From a virus (Duplodnaviria > Caudoviricetes): a DNA stretch of 39,075 bases. Positions 31,276 to 37,249 of the stretch are shown one piece after another. Position numbers and translations under genes: made by a program. The stretch lies in the IMG/VR virus record IMGVR_UViG_3300016667_000286, positions 1 to 39,075 of that record; one strand, 5' to 3'. Positions within the stretch are counted from its first letter, which is position 1. The number at the start of each line of letters is the position of its first letter. The notes under the pieces were generated by a model. It made no database searches. It was not told the origin of the DNA and was given only the letters and a program-made list of their open reading frames with translations.

Positions 31276-31731
31276 TTACGCGGTCAGGTTGCGGGCCTGA
31301 ACGTAGGTGACGGTGAGAACGCCGACGCCAGCGCCGGTGTTGGTGGACGTGACGAGCAACTTGCGATCCGTCGTTCCGACATCGAGCCAGTTGCCGACGC
31401 GCGTGGCGTCCGTGCCGGGCGAAGCCGCGACGATACCGACAGCCGCGCCATCGACCGCGCCAGCGGCGGTGAAGAACGTGGCCGAAGCCGTCGTGCCGAC
31501 ACCGAGCGTCGTCGCAACGCCGTTCCACGCCGTGGTGACGGACAGGTTGATGCTCAGGATCTGGCTGTTGGCCGGGATCACAATCGTCGTCGCGCCCGAC
31601 GCCTGCGTGACCGCAGAAGACTGGGACATGACCACGAAGCCGACATTGGCGACATCCTTGCCGAGCGTGGTGCCCGTCGTATTGAGGATGTCACCGGCGC
31701 GGATCGGGCCAGTGAAAGTGGTGGTTGCCAT
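31276..31731 (-). CDS. Putative capsid decoration/cement protein
   Basis: MATTTFTGPIRAG, VIPANSQIL, beta-rich. Follows the major capsid gene and has a GGAGG RBS. Confidence 0.7.
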   Translation of the reverse strand: MATTTFTGPIRAGDILNTTGTTLGKDVANVGFVVMSQSSAVTQASGATTIVIPANSQILSINLSVTTAWNGVATTLGVGTTASATFFTAAGAVDGAAVGIVAASPGTDATRVGNWLDVGTTDRKLLVTSTNTGAGVGVLTVTYVQARNLTA

Positions 31732-31808
31732 GAAGGCCTCCTGCACGAGTGTCGCGCTGTCTGTGCAGCGTCCGCTTGGCCGGTCAGCGCGATGCGTTTG
31801 CCAAGATG

Positions 31809-31833
31809 AAAGGGCGGAGCCGAAGCCCCGCCC
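31809..31833 (-). terminator. Terminator after major capsid gene (cUUCGg loop)
   Basis: Minus strand GGGCGGGGC-TTCG-GCTCCGCCC followed by TTT. Confidence 0.7.
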
Positions 31834-31842
31834 CTGTTACGA

Positions 31843-32754
31843 TCAGGTCGGGAACGAGCCCCAGATCGCGCGCCAGTTGTAGTAGCCGAACGAATAACGC
31901 TCGTAGCCCTTCACCAGCAGGTTGTCGGTCACGAAGTCCACTTGCATATCGCTCTCAAACTTCGTGCGCTCCATGTAGGAGAGACCGTCGATGTTCGTGA
32001 GCAGGAACCACGCAGACGCGGACGTGAGATAGTCGTTCACCATGTAGCCTTCGGGAAGGCCACCGGCGGTCGAACTGATCGCGTTAACGTCGTTATCCGC
32101 AGTGCCCGGACGCAGTTCCGTCTTCGTCAGACGGATCGCGGTCGGCTCAAGCTGCGGCGGAACAACGAGACGACGGCCACGCGCGAAGACCTTCAGGCCA
32201 GCCTGATCGCGGAAGTTCGTGCGGATGGCGATCATGCCGTTCAGCAGCGAGGCTTCGTTGAGATCGACATCGACCGTCGGACGGTTTGCAACCGTGCCGC
32301 CGTCAATCGGGTGATCGGTGGCGATCAGCGCCTTGCCGTCGCCGCCAACCGCCGCGTTGTAGGTCGTCGCGGTGTTGAGGACGTTCGCGCCGTAGATTTC
32401 CTTCGTCTGAGCGAAGCTCTCGATCAGACCAAGGTTCGACGGCATGAACTGCGTCTTGTACAGGTTGTCGTCGATGGCCTTGCGCGTGATCGCGTAGCCA
32501 AGGGCGATTTCCGTGTGTTCCTGATTGTAGACGAAACGCTCACCAGCCGAGTTGTCGAACGCGGTCTGACCGCCTTCGGTCTTGAGCTGCGCGAGGCCAA
32601 GGAAACGCATCTCAGCGGTGCGCTCCAGAGCCATCTTGCTCTCGTGCTTGGTGAAGATCTTGTCGTACTGGGACGGGATCTGCTCGTACTTGCCCTCGAC
32701 GCCGCGAAGGCCGGGGAGCAGCAAGTCTTTGATTGCACTAAGGTTCACGGCCAT
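31843..32754 (-). CDS. Major capsid protein (Mu gpT-like HK97 fold)
   Basis: LLPGLRG, KTEGG, IALGYAITRKAIDDNLY, QTKEIYGANVLN, GDGKAL...HP, LVVPPQL, YLTS..AWFL and ERYSFG...WR. Strongly biased codon usage. Confidence 0.92.
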   Translation of the reverse strand: MAVNLSAIKDLLLPGLRGVEGKYEQIPSQYDKIFTKHESKMALERTAEMRFLGLAQLKTEGGQTAFDNSAGERFVYNQEHTEIALGYAITRKAIDDNLYKTQFMPSNLGLIESFAQTKEIYGANVLNTATTYNAAVGGDGKALIATDHPIDGGTVANRPTVDVDLNEASLLNGMIAIRTNFRDQAGLKVFARGRRLVVPPQLEPTAIRLTKTELRPGTADNDVNAISSTAGGLPEGYMVNDYLTSASAWFLLTNIDGLSYMERTKFESDMQVDFVTDNLLVKGYERYSFGYYNWRAIWGSFPT

Positions 32755-32757
32755 AAC

Positions 32758-33264
32758 TCAAACTCCTTGAGTTGTGGGACCGGAAACGTGTTTCCACGTT
32801 TCTCCAGTCTTTGCTCTGCGGATGGCGATAATGCCGACACCGTATTTGTCAGCCAGCGCCTTGTTGCTTTCGGACGATGCGCGAATGGCATCGACCATTT
32901 CACACGTCAGCTTCCGCCGACCATGACGACCGCGAGAAACGGTATCCTGAATGTTTTGAGCCTGCGTTCCCGGCTCAAGATGAGCCGGATTTACGCATGA
33001 TGGATTGTCACACGAGTGGCGAATAACCAGTCCATGAGGAATAGGTCCGCGCCAAAGTTCATATGAAAGACGATGAACACGAAGCCTTTCTCGGTTTCGC
33101 ATCATCACCCCGTAGCCGTAGGAAACGGCACCTTTCCACTCCCAACACCCAGATAATGACACGACGCTCTTATTCATGATGGTCATACGCAGAAGATCGT
33201 CATCCGAAACCTGTCGGAACTCGATATACGGCGAAGCCACCATGAGAACGTCGCGCTTCGTCAT
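32758..33264 (-). CDS. HNH free-standing homing endonuclease
   Basis: CWEWKG...GYG...VHRLSYEL..GPIP.GLVIRHSCDNPSCVNPAHLEPGTQAQNIQD plus a C-terminal HTH. More AT-rich than its neighbours. Confidence 0.9.
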   Translation of the reverse strand: MTKRDVLMVASPYIEFRQVSDDDLLRMTIMNKSVVSLSGCWEWKGAVSYGYGVMMRNRERLRVHRLSYELWRGPIPHGLVIRHSCDNPSCVNPAHLEPGTQAQNIQDTVSRGRHGRRKLTCEMVDAIRASSESNKALADKYGVGIIAIRRAKTGETWKHVSGPTTQGV

Positions 33265-33266
33265 TG

Positions 33267-33851
33267 TCAGATGCCGGTCTGGTTCTTGGTCACGACGTTG
33301 TTGAACGCCACGACGACCCAGTTGTAAGCACCCGCTTCCGTGCCGGGAGCGCCGGGCGGGAAGGAGACGAGGCTCACAATGCGGAAGGGAAGCGTCGCCG
33401 TGGTCGGGCCAACGCCGGTGATGTACGCGCCGGAGATGCCGGTGTTGGCATTGCCGGTGCCGATGGCGTAGCCGACCGTCGCGTTCACGTCGGTCTGGGC
33501 GATGCCGGTGCTGTCCGACTGGACCAGCCACTTGGCGTTCGGGTCGTTGACGATGTAGCCCTCGACGACATTGGTCGAGGCGACATCGGAGCCGGGCCAG
33601 TAGTTGGACCAGACCGTGCGCTTCTGCGACACCGAGAGGTACTTGCAGCCGACGAAGATGCCAGCAATGCCCGCAGCAGCGGTCGTGCCGTCACCCTGAG
33701 CGACCGTGCCGTCAGCCGTAGGCTCAACGGGATCGCCGAAATAAATGGCCGAAGCATTGTAAGCGATCTGAACCGGGATCTGCTCGTAGGTCGGAGCCGA
33801 ACCCGTGCCGCTGTACTGACGGAAACCGAAAGGCGCGTTCGTATTCGCCAT
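33267..33851 (-). CDS. Head-associated (decoration/stabilising-like) protein
   Basis: MANTNAPFGFR, IYFGDPV, GIFVGCKY and GNANTGISG. Typical gene upstream of this capsid type. Confidence 0.75.
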   Translation of the reverse strand: MANTNAPFGFRQYSGTGSAPTYEQIPVQIAYNASAIYFGDPVEPTADGTVAQGDGTTAAAGIAGIFVGCKYLSVSQKRTVWSNYWPGSDVASTNVVEGYIVNDPNAKWLVQSDSTGIAQTDVNATVGYAIGTGNANTGISGAYITGVGPTTATLPFRIVSLVSFPPGAPGTEAGAYNWVVVAFNNVVTKNQTGI

Positions 33852-33966
33852 GACGGAACTCCCTGTGACAGGAGGTTCGTCATCGCACACCGGGGCGACT
33901 AGAACCGGGGGTTGTTACGCCTCCACGCCGGGGGAGGCAGCAGGCCCACGCGGGGCCTTGGCGACA

Positions 33967-33995
33967 AAATTACCTGACCCACGGAACAATGTAAA
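33967..33995 (-). promoter_or_regulatory. Sigma70-like promoter for the capsid operon
   Basis: Minus strand TTTACA-N17-TAATTT, about 115 nt upstream of the start codon at 33851. Confidence 0.65.
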
Positions 33996-34019
33996 GGAAC
34001 AATTCTGTGGACAGGGCGC

Positions 34020-34380
34020 ACCTCCGCCTCCGCTACCCCTCCCCTCCCCGAAGGAAGGAGAACGCGGTCTGAGGGCCACCTCTCTCGACGCACGGTATAT
34101 CAGCGGTGCCCTGCCTTCCGGCTCTCGGGGGGCCTCTCCGCTCCCCTGCCCGGCAGAACCGGGACTAGTGGGGGGTTTAGGCCGCTGATGCTCCCTCGCC
34201 CGGTGGGGCTTCGGGACGGTCGGAGCCGGGAAAATCCCGTGAGTGCCCGCCGCGCGTTTTGTCAGGGATTGGTAGACGCCCTGCCGTCGCGGTCTGGGAT
34301 AGGCTCCCCACCGGAAGATGGCCCGAGAACTGCGGTCAGACGCTCAATCGGCATGGCCGGGCATCATCGTGCATTTTCGG
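34020..34380 (-). ncRNA. Candidate multi-branched structured RNA
   Basis: Long-range stems 34200-34208/34306-34314 and 34099-34106/34182-34189 with nested hairpins. A cUUCGg hairpin at 34041-34060 has G-U pairs only on the minus strand. No credible ORF. Confidence 0.5.
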
Positions 34381-34401
34381 GCAACGCTGGCAGGGATGAC
34401 A

Positions 34402-34430
34402 TTGACTGAAAAAATCGAAACCGATAAAGT
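34402..34430 (+). promoter_or_regulatory. Promoter of antisense small RNA
   Basis: TTGACT-N17-TAAAGT. Confidence 0.65.
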
Positions 34431-34436
34431 CAATGT

Positions 34437-34510
34437 CGTTCGGTGATGCCTGCCAGCGTCACCTTTGTTCTCTGGCCCTCGGCGCGCAAACGCCGGGGGC
34501 CTTTCCTTTT
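34437..34510 (+). ncRNA. Candidate ~75-nt antisense small RNA
   Basis: Promoter, then hairpin GGTGATGC-CTGCCA-GCGTCACC, then terminator GGCCCTCGGCG-CGCAAA-CGCCGGGGGCC-TTTCCTTTT. G-U pairs favour the plus strand. Confidence 0.6.
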
Positions 34511-34659
34511 GTATGTCGATTTTGGCTGGGTCGGCAAGATGGCCGGGAACAAAATTGCGTTCCGCGAAATGAAACCCTCAATCAAACCCGATCAAATGTC
34601 GCCGCTGGGAACAGTCAAGCGATCTTGTTCTCACCCACCCCTTGGCGGAAACCCACCTA

Positions 34660-34748
34660 CTCCTCCCCTGTCTCCTCCCTACCTCCTCCCTATCTCCTCC
34701 CAACCTCCTCCCAACCTCCTTCCCACATCCTTCCCACATCCTTCCCAC
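34660..34748. repeat. Eight tandem ~11-bp pyrimidine-rich repeats
   Basis: CTCCTCCCCTGT, CTCCTCCCTAC, CTCCTCCCTAT, CTCCTCCCAAC x2, CTCCTTCCCAC, ATCCTTCCCAC x2. Confidence 0.92.
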
Positions 34749-34788
34749 CCCTCAAAAGGTAACAATCGCGCCGTTTTGTTACCTTTCG

Positions 34789-34935
34789 CCGCAACGGCGG
34801 AAACCCGTTCACAGATAACGCGCCCAGCGGGCATGGCAGATACTTAAATCGTTTTGAGCAACCATTGAAATTGTTCATCTTTTTTTCGTAACGGCAAAAA
34901 CCCGTTAACAGGCCGCCCGCAACGGCGGAAACCCG
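34789..34935. repeat. 19-bp direct repeat CCGCAACGGCGGAAACCCG with degenerate copies
   Basis: Exact copies at 34789-34807 and 34917-34935. Partial copies at 34887-34904 and 34644-34654. Confidence 0.88.
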
Positions 34936-34942
34936 GCAACAG

Positions 34943-34973
34943 AAAAGGCCGCCCCGGTTTCCCGAGACGGCCC
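34943..34973 (-). terminator. Rho-independent terminator ending the scaffold operon
   Basis: Minus strand GGCCGTCTCGG-GAAA-CCGGGGCGGCC followed by TTTTCT. Confidence 0.8.
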
Positions 34974-34999
34974 CTGTCAGCCCCAAATTGCGACCCAAC

Positions 35000-35632
35000 T
35001 CACTCTTCAGGGACAGGCAACGCTTCCCAGCCCTTGTTGATCTTGGGCCGAACCGACGCATGATCGCGCGTCATCGTGCCTTCCGGCGTTCCCGACAACT
35101 GCGCTTCCTTGGCCCGGACCTGATCGCGCGCGGCCTTGTCACGCAGGCGACGAGCCTGATCGACCACCTCAGCCGGGCGCTCCATCAGGATCAGCCCCTT
35201 GCGCTCAATGGTGCCTTTCGACCAGCCCGGCGGCATCATGTGCGGATGACGCGAGGCCGGGACCGGCTCCCAGCCCATGCGGAGCAACTGCACCGTGTAG
35301 GTCGGATCTTCCGCACCCAGCAGCGTCAGGCGCTTCCACTCGTAGGTCCAGCCCTCCGGGATGTCGGCGCGGTCGATGTAGAAGTCGTCCGTGCCTTCGT
35401 CCATGTCGCCGATATGGCCCATGATCTCGGCGGCGCGGCGCTTGGCGCGCTCCATCGAACTTTCTTCACGCATTTCGGCGCGCATCGTGGAGCGAGGAAC
35501 CGAGCCAGAGGGTTCCAGCGCCTCGGTGTCGGTGTTCATGGATGCGGGCGGCATATCGTCGTCCATGCTGTCCATCGTCTTGATCCGGCGGCCACGACGG
35601 CCCGGCGCTGCATCGTTGAAAATATCAGACAT
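35000..35632 (-). CDS. Conserved head-module protein
   Basis: IPEGWTYEWKR, GWEPVPASRHP and IERKGLILMERP. Lies downstream of the scaffold gene and has a GAGGAG RBS. Confidence 0.8.
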   Translation of the reverse strand: MSDIFNDAAPGRRGRRIKTMDSMDDDMPPASMNTDTEALEPSGSVPRSTMRAEMREESSMERAKRRAAEIMGHIGDMDEGTDDFYIDRADIPEGWTYEWKRLTLLGAEDPTYTVQLLRMGWEPVPASRHPHMMPPGWSKGTIERKGLILMERPAEVVDQARRLRDKAARDQVRAKEAQLSGTPEGTMTRDHASVRPKINKGWEALPVPEE

Positions 35633-35642
35633 CTCGATCTCC

Positions 35643-36527
35643 TCAGTGCATCCGGCCTTCGCGGCGCAGCAGCAGTTTGTTCTTGGCGTATTCCTCCGGC
35701 GTCATGCCGAGAGAACGCGCCGTTTCCGCTTCAGCGGAGGTCAGACGCATCTGGTTGCGGCTGGTCGGCTCCCGGCTGGCCGGGGCGGCGGGTGGCGGAG
35801 CCGAACGGGACGGCTTCGAGGCGCTCGACAGCGGCGATCCCTCATCCGCATCAGCCCGGCGGGGCTGGCGGCTGTTGTTGATCCGCAGCGTGTCTTCGAT
35901 GTAGCTGAAGTAATCGTCGCTGTCGGGCTCGTAACCGTCGGCCACGGCCAGATTGTGCGCGGCGATCATCTTCTGGTTCAGGCGCGGATCGGTCACGCAT
36001 TGCGGATTGCGACGCACCCAGTCAGCCGAGCGCGGCGAAAGCTGCGCGGCGAACCGCTCGACCGGATCAGACTGCTGCGGCACCTGAATGACCGGCTGGC
36101 GAGGCCGGGACTGCATGGCGGCGCGGCCATTTTCAAGCTGAAGCAGCTTCGCTTCGTTCTGCGAGATCGTGCGCTGGATCTTGGCGGCGGCCTGATAGTC
36201 GCCAGCCTCAATCGCCTCGGCATATTTGTCGGTCAGAACCTCGTTTTCGCTCTGAACCGTCGCAATCGCCGTGTTCACAACATGCAAATCGCTGTCATCG
36301 GCGCGCGAATAGGCCGCATTGGCCTGTTCTGCGGCCTGTCGGGCCAGCATTTCGGCCTCCGAACGCGCGCGGCGCTCCCGATCAAGCTGCTCTTTCAGCA
36401 ATTTGATCTTGTCGGACGGCGAAACATCGTCCTCAGCGGCGTCTTCCGGCGCATCATCCGCGCTTTCGACCTTCACGACGAGGCCTTCGTCGTCATCCTT
36501 CGGGATATTGTTGTCGTCCCCAGCCAT
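35643..36527 (-). CDS. Capsid scaffolding protein
   Basis: Acidic N-terminus, coiled coil, and C-terminal RLTSAEAETARSLGMTPEEYAKNK capsid-binding-like helix. GAGGAG RBS. Confidence 0.75.
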   Translation of the reverse strand: MAGDDNNIPKDDDEGLVVKVESADDAPEDAAEDDVSPSDKIKLLKEQLDRERRARSEAEMLARQAAEQANAAYSRADDSDLHVVNTAIATVQSENEVLTDKYAEAIEAGDYQAAAKIQRTISQNEAKLLQLENGRAAMQSRPRQPVIQVPQQSDPVERFAAQLSPRSADWVRRNPQCVTDPRLNQKMIAAHNLAVADGYEPDSDDYFSYIEDTLRINNSRQPRRADADEGSPLSSASKPSRSAPPPAAPASREPTSRNQMRLTSAEAETARSLGMTPEEYAKNKLLLRREGRMH

Positions 36528-36538
36528 TTTCTCGCTCC

Positions 36539-36931
36539 TCACCAGACCTGATCAGGGTTCTTCACGCGGCCACGGATCTGCGTGTCGTTCAGGATGCGGC
36601 ACAGCACCCCGTGAACCGTGATCTGCCAGCCATCGGACGGACGGAACACCAGCCACTCGCGCAAATTGAAGGTTTCGCCGTTGAACCAGCCTTCGGCGTT
36701 CGGCTCAAAGGCGCTCGGACCCTTCTTCAGCAGCAATCCGACCTTCGACTGGTAACGATCCTCGTCCGTCGTCTGGTCGGTGAGATAAATGCCGCTCTTC
36801 GTCTTCTTCGGGCGGATGTAAACGCCGACGAGAACCTGATTGTTGAAAAGTTCGACGCTGGAAAGATCACCGATTTCCTTGATCATCGTGTCGGCAGGAT
36901 CAATCTCATGCTCCATCACCATGTACGGCAT
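36539..36931 (-). CDS. GroES-like co-chaperonin
   Basis: VLVGVYIRPKKTKSGIYL, VGLLLKKGPSAF and CRILNDTQI fit the Cpn10 pattern. Confidence 0.8.
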   Translation of the reverse strand: MPYMVMEHEIDPADTMIKEIGDLSSVELFNNQVLVGVYIRPKKTKSGIYLTDQTTDEDRYQSKVGLLLKKGPSAFEPNAEGWFNGETFNLREWLVFRPSDGWQITVHGVLCRILNDTQIRGRVKNPDQVW

Positions 36932-36934
36932 ATT

Positions 36935-37150
36935 TTACCCCCTTTTGCGGCCTTCAGCCTTGGCCTCTGCTTCATCAAATAATTCGAGGGCTGTTCGCAG
37001 CCCCTGCACAACGCCCACTTGATAGCGGTATTGCGCGTAGTCTGTGATCACGGATTGATTTGGATTGAGGAGTGTTTCACCGATCCGCTGCACTTCTTCC
37101 GAGATCAATTTTTTCAGTTCGTTCAAGACGTGCGCTTGATATGTCAACAT
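36935..37150 (-). CDS. Small conserved head-module protein
   Basis: DYAQYRYQVGVVQGL pattern, typical of the gene upstream of the phage GroES-like gene. Confidence 0.75.
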   Translation of the reverse strand: MLTYQAHVLNELKKLISEEVQRIGETLLNPNQSVITDYAQYRYQVGVVQGLRTALELFDEAEAKAEGRKRG

Positions 37151-37249
37151 TGCAACCGTCCCCCTCGACGGTTCCCCTTCCTGCTTGTGGATGTGACGGG
37201 AGAGCGAAGGGGGCCGCCCTCCCGTCTGATCCTGACCAGCTAGGGCCGA

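Noticed and set aside
34020-34380. tRNA, tmRNA or group I/II intron
   Set aside because: I could not recognise a cloverleaf with a TTC loop/CCA end or intron core motifs. A covariance search is still needed to exclude known families.
34660-34935. Possible CRISPR array or mini-array
   Set aside because: The 11-bp units are contiguous with no spacers, the 19-bp repeat has only two exact copies 128 bp apart, and there are no cas genes.
33850-35061. Short ORFs listed in the non-coding block (33850-34188, 34188-34409, 34433-34762, 34443-34847, 34690-35061)
   Set aside because: They lack RBSs, give low-complexity Pro/Gly/Arg translations, and run through terminators and repeats.
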